Assembly (NCBI RefSeq): GCF_000284115.1
Contig: NC_017080.1
Span: forward strand, 2,970,001 to 3,002,000
Direction of reading: 5' to 3'
DNA: 32,000 nt
DNA from: Phycisphaera mikurensis NBRC 102666
GTDB taxonomy: Bacteria > Planctomycetota > Phycisphaerae > Phycisphaerales > Phycisphaeraceae
Below, in pieces: positions 16,282 to 25,004 of the stretch. The position numbers were made by a program, and so were the translations under genes. The stretch's first letter is position 1. Each line of letters starts with the position of its first letter. The notes under the pieces are model-generated. The model ran no database searches and was not told where the DNA came from. It saw only the letters and a list, made by a program, of their open reading frames with translations.

Positions 16282-17268
16282 TCAGCCCGGCGCCGGGTCC
16301 GCCGCGACCGGCCGCACGGAGACGGACACGCGGATGGAGTGGCTGCCGCCGCCCACGAGCACGCCCTTGAGGGGGCTGACGTCGGCGTAGTCGCGGCCCC
16401 AGGCCAGCGTCACGTGCTCGTCGCCGGCGAGCTTCGCGTTGGTGGGGTCGACGTCGAACCAGCCGGCCGCCGACGGATCCACGCCGGGCTCTTCCTCTCC
16501 CAGTCGCACCGAAACCCAGGCGTGCGACGCGTCGGAGCCGACCAGGCCGCTGTCCGGCGGGGGCGTCACGCCGCCGGGGGGCACCGGCGTGTCGTCGTTG
16601 CCGGTCCGCACGTACCCCGACACGTAGCGGGCCGGCAGGCCGAGCCCGCGGAGCATCGCCAGCGCGAGGTGTGCGAAGTCCTGGCACACCCCGCGACGCT
16701 GTTCGAAGACGCGGAGCACCGGCGTGGACAGGTCCGTCGCCGCGGGGTCGTAGGCGAAGTCCTCGAAGATCCGTCGCGCCAGCTCCAGGGTCGCCGCGGC
16801 CACGGGGCGGCCGGGCGTGAAGCTCTCGCGGGCGTAGCCGCGGAGCGCCGGAGCCGATGGCGTCAGCGCCGTCTCGAGGCTCTGCTCCAGCACCGCCTGC
16901 CCGGCGGCGTCGAGGCGGGCGCGGGCGCCGGCGACGACGGCCTCCCACGGCGCAGATCGATCCAGCACGGCCGGGTCGGCCGCGCCCCCGGGGCCGCCGC
17001 CGCAGGCAACCTCCACGAGGCTCGAGGCGGTGACGCCGAGCTCGTGGTGCGGGCGGTGGACCTCGAAGCGGCTCTGGTGGTTGCCGAAGGCGTCTAGCGT
17101 CTCGCGGCAGACCTGGGGCCGTGGCCGCACCTCCAGGGCGTGCGTGTGGCAGGCCTGCGTCCGCCAGAACGAGCGGAAGCTGCGTGGGCGGGCGACGGCG
17201 ACGTGCAGGCCGCCCTCGACGGGCTCCGCGTAGGCGTAGACGCTCCGGTGGAGGATCTGGTACTTCAC
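16282..17268 (-). CDS. transglutaminase-like family protein (N-terminal Bact_transglu_N-like plus Cys-His-Asp core)
   Basis: A GTG start gives MKYQILHRSVYAYAEPV, the family-typical N-terminus. The core is RRGVCQDFAHLALAMLRGLGLPARYVSGY...SHAWVSV...WFDVDPTN. It lies 13 nt downstream of the ATP-grasp/alpha-E gene. Confidence 0.9.
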   Translation of the reverse strand: MKYQILHRSVYAYAEPVEGGLHVAVARPRSFRSFWRTQACHTHALEVRPRPQVCRETLDAFGNHQSRFEVHRPHHELGVTASSLVEVACGGGPGGAADPAVLDRSAPWEAVVAGARARLDAAGQAVLEQSLETALTPSAPALRGYARESFTPGRPVAAATLELARRIFEDFAYDPAATDLSTPVLRVFEQRRGVCQDFAHLALAMLRGLGLPARYVSGYVRTGNDDTPVPPGGVTPPPDSGLVGSDASHAWVSVRLGEEEPGVDPSAAGWFDVDPTNAKLAGDEHVTLAWGRDYADVSPLKGVLVGGGSHSIRVSVSVRPVAADPAPG

Positions 17269-17281
17269 GGGGCGGGGCGTC

Positions 17282-20077
17282 TCAAGCGTCGGGGGCGTTC
17301 GCGTCGGGGACGTCGGGGGTCAGGCGGACGTAGGCGCGGGAGACCTCGTCGCTGAGCCCGGGAAGCCCGGTGACGACGCGCTCCAGGAGCGTCGCGAGCG
17401 CCTCGCGGCGGCCGCCCTCGACCGCCGCCAGGCCGGCCGGAACGCTGCCGCTCACCTCCGCGAGCAGCCGGCCGGCGGCCTCGGCGGCGGCGTGGTGGCG
17501 GCTGCGGCCGGGCGTCGCGCCCGCGGGGTGCGGACCGCCGGGCGCGTCGGGCAGGTCGGCGAGGTGCTGCTCGATCGCGTGCAGCTGCCAGACGACCGAG
17601 CGCGGGTTCTTGGGGTCGAGCAGGAGCAGCTCCAGCACCGGCACGATCCGCGGGAGCGCCCGGTGCCGGGAGCGGTAGGTCATCGCCGAGACGCCGACCT
17701 CCAGGAGCGCCCCGAGCAGCAGGCCCTCCGATGCGCTGGCCCGGCCGGCCGGCCCCGGCCCGGCCCCGGTCGCCTCGCCGCCGCCGAGCCAGACGGGCCG
17801 CACCAGCATCGACCGCATCAGCTCCGCCGTCGTCACCGCCCGCTCGATGCGCCGGCCCAGGTCCAAGAAGCGCCAGCCCTCCTCGTGGGTGAAGGATTCG
17901 TGGCTGTGCCCGGCGAACGCGGCGAGCGTCAGGAGCAGGCCGTCGAAGAGCTCCATCGCGTCGGCGAGCGCGTCCTCGGGGTCACCCGCGACGCCGCCGC
18001 GGAGCTCCCGCTCGTCGCCACGGCCCAGACGCTCGAGGATCCGCCAGGCGTCGACGCTGAGGCGGTCCCGCACGCGGGAGCCGGCGGCGCGGCAGGCGGC
18101 GAGCGTGGAGGTGAGGCCGTGCGGGCCGCGGGGGTCGAGGATCGCCGAGAGCACGTCGCCCGCTTCGGCCCGTCCGGCGTCGCGACCGCCGTCCGACGCG
18201 GGCTCCTGCGCGGCGGCGGCCCGGTCGGCCGTGGCGGCCTCGGCCACGCCGGTCACCACCGCAAGCGCCCGCAGCATCGCGGCCATCTCCCGCGGGTGCG
18301 GCTCGGCGGGGTCGGCGTGGCGGTGGCCGATCGCCCGGAGCAGGCGGACGTTGCCCTCGGCCCGCTCGGTGTAGCGACCCAGCCAGAAGAGGTTGTCGGC
18401 GACGCGGCTGGGCAGCGACGCCCCGCGGCCGGCCGGGGCCACGGCCCCGCCGCGGACCGTGAGGCCGCGGACCGTTTCGGGGGCACGGTCCGCGGCGGGC
18501 AGAGGCGAAGCACCGGCCTCGCCGGCCGGCCGCACGACCCAGACGTCCTTGGCCCCCCCGCCGCGCCGCATCGACGTCAGCCGCGAGTCGGCCGCGCCCG
18601 TGACCCGGCCGAGCCCGCCGGGCATCGCCGACCAGCCGCCGCCCGCGGTCGCCGCGACGAAGGCGCGGATCACCAAGCGTCGCGGCACCAGCCCCGGCGA
18701 CTCCGGCGTCCAGACCGGCGTGGTGGACAGCGTCACCGCCTCCTGCACCGCGAACGCGCCGGGCCGCTCGGCGATCGCCTCGCGCAGGGCCGAGCCGGCT
18801 TGATCTCCGGCGGTGGTGCCGAAGACCGCGGCCGACGGGCCGATGCCCGGCGTCAGCGGGCCGGCGTAGGCCGGCTTCACGACGCTCCGGGCGAGCGTCC
18901 CCCCCGCCGCGTCGTCGCCGGTGCCCCCGCCCGCCCCGCACCAGCGCGTGGCCGCCGGCGGCAGCAGGATCTCCTCGCCCAGGAGGAAGCGGCAAGCCGC
19001 CGGCAGGTAGCCGCCGAGCCCCGGGCTCTCGACCAGGCCGCTGCCCGGGGCGTTGGTGACGGCCACCGAGCCGGCCCGCTGCGCCTCGAGGAGGCCGGGC
19101 ACGCCGGGCCCGCGCGCGGGGCCAAGCTCCAGCGGGTCGCAGTCGCAGTCGGGCAGGCGGCGGACGATCACGTCGACCTTCTGCAGGCCGGCGAGCGTCT
19201 TGAGGAACACCTCGCGGCGGCGCACCGTCAGGTCGTCGGGCTCGACGAGCGTGAACCCCAGGCTCCGCGCGAGGTACGCGTGCTCGGCGTGGCCCACGGC
19301 CTCGGGTCCCGGCGTCAGCAGCACCACCCGCGGCTCGCCCGCGGGCGAGGCGGGCGCCAGCGACTGCGCGTACGCCCGCACCGCCTCGAACCAGTCGCCG
19401 AGCCCCGCCGGCCGGCTGCGGCGGAAGGCCGTGGGCAGCGTCCGCGACACGACGACCCGGTGCTCGAGCGCGTGCCCGACGCCGCCGGGAGCCGACGAGC
19501 GGTCGCCGATCACGCACCACCGCCCCGCCGCGTCGCGGCCCACATCGACCGCGAGCAGCGAGAGGTAGCGGCCGCCCGGCGGCTCGAGCCCGCGGAGCGG
19601 CCGGAAGAGGCCCGGGTTCCCGAGGATCAACGCCGCCGGCACCACGGCTTGCGCGATCAGCTCGGCGGGGCCGTGCAGGTCGCGCAGCACCGCCTCGAGC
19701 AGCCGTGCTCGCTGCTCCAGCCCCCGCCGCAGGTGGTCCCAGGCCGCGGGGCCGATCACCACCGGCACCGGATCCAGCCGCCAGGGCCGCTCCGCTTCGG
19801 CCCGGTCGCCGTACGCCCGGTACGTCACCCCGTGGTCGGCGATCATCCGCTTCGCCCGCTCCCAGCGCCGCCGCAGCTCCGCGTGCGGCGTTTGCTGGAC
19901 CGCGGCCAGCACGGGCTCCCACGCCTCCTCGGGCGCGGCATCGCCGCGGGGCGCGGCCGGGCCGAAGCACTCGTCGTGGCCGGCCGCGCCCGCTCCGGCG
20001 TCCGCCGCCCGCAGCGCCTCGAGGTAGCCGGCGGCCGCGGCGTCCTGCTCCAGCTGCTCCGCCACCGCCGCGCTCAT
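17282..20077 (-). CDS. fused circularly permuted type-2 ATP-grasp / alpha-E domain protein (931 aa)
   Basis: The N-terminal half resembles the CP ATP-grasp family: HGVTYRAYG...PWRLDPVPVVI, GNPGLFRPL, VVLLTPGP...HAYLARSLGFTLVEPDDLTVR, VDVIVRRLPDCDCDPLEL and GSVAVTNAPGSGLVESPGL. The C-terminal half resembles alpha-E: LPSRVADNLFWLGRYTERAEGNVRLLRAI, DAWRILERL, GWRFLDLGRRIERA and SAMTYRSRH. Confidence 0.85.
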   Translation of the reverse strand: MSAAVAEQLEQDAAAAGYLEALRAADAGAGAAGHDECFGPAAPRGDAAPEEAWEPVLAAVQQTPHAELRRRWERAKRMIADHGVTYRAYGDRAEAERPWRLDPVPVVIGPAAWDHLRRGLEQRARLLEAVLRDLHGPAELIAQAVVPAALILGNPGLFRPLRGLEPPGGRYLSLLAVDVGRDAAGRWCVIGDRSSAPGGVGHALEHRVVVSRTLPTAFRRSRPAGLGDWFEAVRAYAQSLAPASPAGEPRVVLLTPGPEAVGHAEHAYLARSLGFTLVEPDDLTVRRREVFLKTLAGLQKVDVIVRRLPDCDCDPLELGPARGPGVPGLLEAQRAGSVAVTNAPGSGLVESPGLGGYLPAACRFLLGEEILLPPAATRWCGAGGGTGDDAAGGTLARSVVKPAYAGPLTPGIGPSAAVFGTTAGDQAGSALREAIAERPGAFAVQEAVTLSTTPVWTPESPGLVPRRLVIRAFVAATAGGGWSAMPGGLGRVTGAADSRLTSMRRGGGAKDVWVVRPAGEAGASPLPAADRAPETVRGLTVRGGAVAPAGRGASLPSRVADNLFWLGRYTERAEGNVRLLRAIGHRHADPAEPHPREMAAMLRALAVVTGVAEAATADRAAAAQEPASDGGRDAGRAEAGDVLSAILDPRGPHGLTSTLAACRAAGSRVRDRLSVDAWRILERLGRGDERELRGGVAGDPEDALADAMELFDGLLLTLAAFAGHSHESFTHEEGWRFLDLGRRIERAVTTAELMRSMLVRPVWLGGGEATGAGPGPAGRASASEGLLLGALLEVGVSAMTYRSRHRALPRIVPVLELLLLDPKNPRSVVWQLHAIEQHLADLPDAPGGPHPAGATPGRSRHHAAAEAAGRLLAEVSGSVPAGLAAVEGGRREALATLLERVVTGLPGLSDEVSRAYVRLTPDVPDANAPDA

Positions 20078-20126
20078 GCGGCCGAGCTTAGGGGCGGCCC
20101 GGGGCGGCTCCTCCTCCCGCGACCGG

Positions 20127-21533
20127 TCAGGTCCGCACGTCCAGCGCGTCGCGCATCGCCTCGCCGACGAGGTTGTAGGCGAAGACCGTCAGGAAGATCG
20201 CCAGGCCCGGAAAGATCAGCAGGCCCCACTGCCCGGGGGCCGAGCGGCTCTGGTTGAGCAGCTGGCCCCAGCTCGGCTCCTCCACCAGGCCCAGGCCCAG
20301 GAAGGACAGCGTCGACTCGGCGAGGATCGCCGAGGCGATGCCGAAGCTGGCGAGCACGAGCACGGGCGTGACGCCGTTGGGCAGCATGTGCCTCAGCAGG
20401 ATCGATCGCAGCGGCAGGCCCAGCGCCCGGGCCGCCATCACGTAGTCCAACGACCGCAACTTCAGGAACTCGGCCCGCACGAACAGCGCGTAGCCCACCC
20501 AGCCGGTCAGCCCGATCACCACCATCATCAGCGTGAGGCTGCGGCCGTAGAAGGCCACGATCATGATGAGCAGGAACAGCACGGGGATCGCGGAGAAGAT
20601 CTCGACGAGCCGCATGCCCAGGAGGTCGGTGAGCCCGGCGAAGTAGCCCATGAGCCCGCCGACGACGATGCCGATCGCCGCGGCGATGCCGGTCGCGATC
20701 AGGCCGATGGCCAGGGCGATCCGCGTCGCGTGGATCATCCGCGACAGCACGTCCGCCCCCCCGCGGTCGGTGCCCAGCGGGTGCGCCAGGCTCGGCCGCT
20801 CGAGCCGCGCGTCGCGGCCCTCGGCGGACATGGCGTCGCGCTGCGCGTCGTTGGGCGAGAACGGCAGCGGCGCCCGGACCGCCCAGTTGACCTCGCCGCG
20901 GGCCTCGGCCTCGCGGTAGACGCTGTGGACGACCGTGGCGGGCGGCTGGAGGGGAGCCAGCGCCAGCACCGCCGCGAGCGCGAGGCCGAGGAGCGCGGCG
21001 AAGCACCGCCAGCGGTGCCCGGACCGCCGGAAGGCCCCCCACGCGGCGGCGGCCAGGGCCAGCAGCCCGGCGGCGAGTGCGGCGAGGCCGACCGCCGCGA
21101 AGGCGACGCGGCCCGCGGACGGCTGCGGGTTGTCGGAAACCAGGTCCACGAAGGACCGCCCCGCCGCCGCCGCCACCGCGGCCGACACCACCAGCACCCA
21201 GCCGGCGAAGCGGCCCGCCGCGCCGCCGCGCCAGAGGCCCGCGGCGGCGGCCGCGAGCAACGACCCCAGGAGGATGACGTCGGTCCGCGTCAGGTGCCGC
21301 AGCCACGGGCTCGACACGGCCCCTTCGTGCTTCCACAGCAGCGGGTGGCTGCTCGCCAAGAGCGGCGCGAACACCGCCGTCAGCAGCATGATCGCGATCC
21401 ACACGCCGCCGAGCTGCGCCCCCCGCTTGCCGGCCAGGCGGTGGAGCGTCCGCGAGACGAACCCGCCGCCGGCGGCACGCGCCAGGGCCCGGTCGCTCAC
21501 CGGGATCGGGGCCGTCACCGCCTGCTCAGTCAT
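20127..21533 (-). CDS. ABC transporter permease, OppC/DppC family, with a ~170-aa insertion containing about 4 extra hydrophobic segments
   Basis: HPLGTDRGGADVLSRMIHATRIAL matches the LGTDxxGRD-type block. The binding-protein-dependent transport signature occurs in VRAEFLKLRSLDYVMAARALGLPLRSILLRHMLPN. The C-terminal TMs are ...GLLIFPGLAIFLTVFAYNLVGEAMRDALD. There is an 8-nt overlap with the upstream permease gene. Confidence 0.9.
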   Translation of the reverse strand: MTEQAVTAPIPVSDRALARAAGGGFVSRTLHRLAGKRGAQLGGVWIAIMLLTAVFAPLLASSHPLLWKHEGAVSSPWLRHLTRTDVILLGSLLAAAAAGLWRGGAAGRFAGWVLVVSAAVAAAAGRSFVDLVSDNPQPSAGRVAFAAVGLAALAAGLLALAAAAWGAFRRSGHRWRCFAALLGLALAAVLALAPLQPPATVVHSVYREAEARGEVNWAVRAPLPFSPNDAQRDAMSAEGRDARLERPSLAHPLGTDRGGADVLSRMIHATRIALAIGLIATGIAAAIGIVVGGLMGYFAGLTDLLGMRLVEIFSAIPVLFLLIMIVAFYGRSLTLMMVVIGLTGWVGYALFVRAEFLKLRSLDYVMAARALGLPLRSILLRHMLPNGVTPVLVLASFGIASAILAESTLSFLGLGLVEEPSWGQLLNQSRSAPGQWGLLIFPGLAIFLTVFAYNLVGEAMRDALDVRT

Positions 21534-22947
21534 AGCTCACCCGCGGGTCGACGGCGGCGTAGAGCAGGTCGCGCAGGACCTCCGACAGCAGGCCCAGCAC
21601 GCCGCCGATCAGCGTCACCGCCATCACCACTTCGCGGTCTTTCTGGAAGGCCGCGTCGACACCCAGCTTGCCCATGCCCTCGATCGAGAAGATCGTTTCG
21701 ACGACCACCGAGCCGCCGAGCAACGCCGGCAGCAGCGAGCTCGCCAGCGTCACCAGCGGCAGGACGCTGTTGCGGAAGGCGTGCTTCCACAGCACCGCCC
21801 GCGGCGACAGACCCTTCGCCCGGGCCGTCCGCACGTAGTCCGCGGAGAGGCTGTCCAGCACCGCCCCACGCATCACCTTCGCGGTGACGGCGAAGCCGCC
21901 GTACGTGAGGATCGTCACCGGCAGGACGAGGTGCCACGCCGTGTCGAGCAGGTAGCCCCGCTCGAAGCCGGCCTCCCCCCCGCCGAACCTCGGGAAGAAC
22001 GGCATCTCGCTCGCCCGCAGATCGTGCAGCCCTCCCGTCGGGAACCAGCGCAGGTTCTCGGCGCTCGCCAGGTAGTTGATCGCCAGCACGCCCGCCCAGA
22101 TCGTCGGCACCGACCACAGCGAGAGGAACAGCGCGCCCGAGCCCAGGTCGAAGGCCCCGCCGCGCTTGGAGGCCGCGCCCAGCCCCGCTCCGATCGCCAC
22201 GAGGTAGATGATCGGGATCGACAGCGCGTTCAGCAGCACCGTCACCGGCACCGCCGACGCCAGCAGCTCGGTGACCTTCCGCCCGCGGAGCGACGTGCCC
22301 AGGTCCGGCCACTTGATCGCCGGCTTGTCGAAGCGGACACGCGAGCGACCCGCCGCCGCCTCCTGCAGCGCTCCCTGAACCGCGGACTGCGCCGCGCCCG
22401 GAGCCCCGTCGGCGGCGATCCGCGGCAGCAGCCGCTCCCGGTCCGCCGCGCTCAGCGGGCTGTCGAGCGCCTCGAAGAGCGTCTCGTCGAGCTCCCCCGC
22501 GCCCGCCGCGTCCAGCGTCGCCCGCAGGCCCGCCGCCGCGTCCGCGAGGGGCACCGCCTGGTACGCCGCCAGCTCGCCCGCCAGGTCCACCGCCGCCCAC
22601 TTCACCCGCGGCCGGCTCACCATCTCCAGCCCCTCGAAGGCGGTCGCCGCCGCCTCGCGCTCCTGGTCGCCGAAGGAGAGGTCGTCGCTGGAGCGGAAGC
22701 CCACCGGGCTCACGCGGTTCAGCCACCGGCCGAACTGCACGTACGCCGGCTGGTCCAGCCCGTAGCGGCGCTCGAGCTGCAGGCGGATGCGCTTCGCGTC
22801 CTGCCCCTGCGTCTGGGCCCCCTCCGCGTTGAGCGCCGCCCCGCCGAAGCCGCCGGGCGCCATCGCCATGACGAAGAAGACCACCGCCAGCACGCCGAGC
22901 AGCGTGGGCACCAGGAGGGCGAGGCGGCGGAGGGTGTAGGCGAGCAC
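21526..22947 (-). CDS. ABC transporter permease, OppB/DppB family, with an enlarged first periplasmic loop (start probably GTG 22947; alternative ATG 23097)
   Basis: (M)LAYTLRRLALLVPTLLGVLAVVFFVMAMAPGG matches the canonical OppB/DppB N-terminus. The EAA-type loop is LSADYVRTARAKGLSPRAVLWKHAFRNSVLPLVT. The C-terminus is ...LLYAAVDPRVSYD. Confidence 0.85.
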   Translation of the reverse strand: MLAYTLRRLALLVPTLLGVLAVVFFVMAMAPGGFGGAALNAEGAQTQGQDAKRIRLQLERRYGLDQPAYVQFGRWLNRVSPVGFRSSDDLSFGDQEREAAATAFEGLEMVSRPRVKWAAVDLAGELAAYQAVPLADAAAGLRATLDAAGAGELDETLFEALDSPLSAADRERLLPRIAADGAPGAAQSAVQGALQEAAAGRSRVRFDKPAIKWPDLGTSLRGRKVTELLASAVPVTVLLNALSIPIIYLVAIGAGLGAASKRGGAFDLGSGALFLSLWSVPTIWAGVLAINYLASAENLRWFPTGGLHDLRASEMPFFPRFGGGEAGFERGYLLDTAWHLVLPVTILTYGGFAVTAKVMRGAVLDSLSADYVRTARAKGLSPRAVLWKHAFRNSVLPLVTLASSLLPALLGGSVVVETIFSIEGMGKLGVDAAFQKDREVVMAVTLIGGVLGLLSEVLRDLLYAAVDPRVSYD

Positions 22948-23159
22948 CGGTGCGGGAAGGTACCGGCTCGGCCGCGGGACCCGGGACCCACGCGGCGGGA
23001 AGCGTCGGCCGCTGCAGCGCGTCTCCGAGGCGCGGGGCCGGTGATCCTCCCGCCGAGCGCGAAGCCCCCGGCTCCGCCCACGCGGAGCCCTTGACATCCC
23101 ACCGGAGTCTCCTATGGATTCCTCGCACGGATGCCCCCTTCCCCCTCTCGAAGGAGACC

Positions 23160-24320
23160 ATGAGACGCTCCCGCACCGCCACCGCCGCCGCCGCCCTCGC
23201 CGCCGCCTGCCTCGCCGGCCCGGGCGCCCTCGCCGAATCCCGGGGCGGCGCCGGTCCACGGACCGGACCGGCGGCCGACGGCAAGGCGCTCCTGGACGTG
23301 CAGCCCGCCGGCGAGGCCCCCTCCTTTGCCCCGGACATCGACCCCCAGATGCTGGCCGTGCTCGAGGAGTTCCAGGCGTTCGAGCCGCCGAAGTACCCCG
23401 AGCTGACGCCCTTCCAGGTCCGGATGGCCGTGCTCCCGGTGAACGCCGTCCGCTCGCTCGCGGCCAAGACCGGAACCCCCGCGGCCGCCCCCGAGCTCGA
23501 CGTCCGCCACGAGGTGCTGCCGGTCGGGCCCGAGGAGGGCCTGCTCGCGCGGGTCTACACCCCGCTGGACACCGGCGCGGGCGGGCCGCTGCCGGTGATC
23601 GTCTACTTCCATGGCGGCGGCTGGGTCATCGCCGACCTCGACGCCTACGCCGGCGGGGCGGAGGGCCTCGCCGCCCAAGCGGGCGCGGTCGTCGTCTCCG
23701 TCGCCTACCGCCTGGCGCCCGAGCACACCTACCCCACCGCCCACGAGGACGCGTACGCCGCCTTCGAGCACGTCGCCGAGAACGCCGCTGACTTCGGCGG
23801 CGATCCGGAGAAGGTCGTCGTCGCCGGCGAGAGCGCCGGCGGCAACCTCGCCGTCTCCGTCGCGCTCATGGCGAAGGAGCGCGGCGGCGTGATGCCCAAG
23901 CACATCGTCTCGGTCTACCCGGTCGCCGACGGCGACGTCACGTCCGCTTCCTACGACGCGTACGCCGCCGCCGCCCCGCTGAATCGTCCCTTCATGGAGT
24001 GGTTCTTCGACCACTACACCCCGGCGTGGAAGGACAGCGACGCGTCGGACCTTCCGTACCTCTTCCTCAAGGAGCAGGATCTCGGCGGCCTGCCCCCGAC
24101 GACGATCCTCAACGCCGAGATCGACCCCCTCGCGACCGATGGCGAGGAGCTCGCCGCGGCGATGGAGCAAGCCGGCGTGCGGGTGATGCGGAAGGTCTAC
24201 CCCGGCGTGACGCACGAGTTCTTCGGCATGACGCCGGTTCTCGAGCAAGCCGCCGCGGCCCAGAAGCTCGCCGCCGAGCAGATCCGGGCGACGCTGGAGC
24301 GCGGCGACGGCCGTTCGTAG
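23160..24320 (+). CDS. secreted alpha/beta hydrolase, hormone-sensitive-lipase-type esterase/lipase family
   Basis: The ATG at 23160 is preceded by AAGGAG. The signal peptide is MRRSRTATAAAALAAACLAGPGALA. The oxyanion motif VYFHGGGWVIADLD (HGGG) and the nucleophile elbow VAGESAGGNLA (GxSxG) are present, and a late YPGVTHEF supplies the His. Confidence 0.85.
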   Translation: MRRSRTATAAAALAAACLAGPGALAESRGGAGPRTGPAADGKALLDVQPAGEAPSFAPDIDPQMLAVLEEFQAFEPPKYPELTPFQVRMAVLPVNAVRSLAAKTGTPAAAPELDVRHEVLPVGPEEGLLARVYTPLDTGAGGPLPVIVYFHGGGWVIADLDAYAGGAEGLAAQAGAVVVSVAYRLAPEHTYPTAHEDAYAAFEHVAENAADFGGDPEKVVVAGESAGGNLAVSVALMAKERGGVMPKHIVSVYPVADGDVTSASYDAYAAAAPLNRPFMEWFFDHYTPAWKDSDASDLPYLFLKEQDLGGLPPTTILNAEIDPLATDGEELAAAMEQAGVRVMRKVYPGVTHEFFGMTPVLEQAAAAQKLAAEQIRATLERGDGRS

Positions 24321-24446
24321 GACGCCGTCGCCCACAGCTCGCGGCGCACGGCAACCCCCCCGACGCCACGCAGACGGAGCCGGCGAGCCGTTGGCAGCCC
24401 GAGCCCGTGGAGGCTCAGGCCGCCGCCTCCGGATCCCCGCGGCCGC

Positions 24447-25004
24447 TCACCAATCGGAGCGCATGAGGTCGACGATGTCGGCGGCGAGGCGCTCGATGGC
24501 GTTCTGGACGGCGACGGCCTCGGGCTCGCCCAGCCCGGGCGCCGGCGCGTGGGTGCCGACCTGCTGCAGGCCGACGGCCTCGCTGAAGACGCGGCGGCCG
24601 GAGGCGTCGGCCCAGGTGAAGTCCACCGTGATGGCGTACTCGACCTCCTCGGGCACGCCGCCGGTGCGGGTGAGGGCGAGGCTGCGCCGGGCGGCGCGGC
24701 GGATCGTGCCGGTGAGCGTGCTCTGCGCGACGGACCCGTCGGCGACGCGGTAGGGCGTCCGGGTCACCACCTGCTTCACGAGCGCCTCGCCGAGGTCGCT
24801 CTCGAGGCCACGCTCGTAGGTCTGGTTGTCGAAGAGCGGCAGCGCGATCGTCTGCACCCCGGCCGGGTAGAGGCCCCGCGAGCTGTAGCCGCAGCCGGGG
24901 AGGGCCGCGGCGGCCGCGAGCAGCAGAATCGCGGCCAGGGCCCCCCGCGGACCGCGGGCGATCCCGGCGCAAAAGGTCCTCGGTCCGCGGATCCGGAGGA
25001 TCAC
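24447..25004 (-). CDS. LptE-like LPS-assembly lipoprotein
   Basis: A GTG start sits in a GTGA overlap with the upstream gene. The lipobox plus family-typical start is LPGCGYSSRG (compare the CG[FY]xLRG of LptE). The size (185 aa) and the alternating beta pattern (AITVDFTWAD) fit. This is assigned from memory of the family, not searched. Confidence 0.5.
   Translation of the reverse strand: MILRIRGPRTFCAGIARGPRGALAAILLLAAAAALPGCGYSSRGLYPAGVQTIALPLFDNQTYERGLESDLGEALVKQVVTRTPYRVADGSVAQSTLTGTIRRAARRSLALTRTGGVPEEVEYAITVDFTWADASGRRVFSEAVGLQQVGTHAPAPGLGEPEAVAVQNAIERLAADIVDLMRSDW

Noticed and set aside
9845-23467. Other long shadow ORFs: 9845..12457 +, 12337..14931 -, 13011..15092 +, 14791..16074 +, 15758..16948 -, 17492..20257 +, 17982..19970 -, 20074..21402 -, 20076..21887 +, 20935..23094 +, 21530..23467 -
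   Set aside because: Each lies antisense to, or out of frame with, a gene carrying clear family motifs (oxidoreductase, SurA-like, transglutaminase, ATP-grasp/alpha-E, ABC permeases). Their translations are Arg/Gly/Pro/Asp-rich without motifs.
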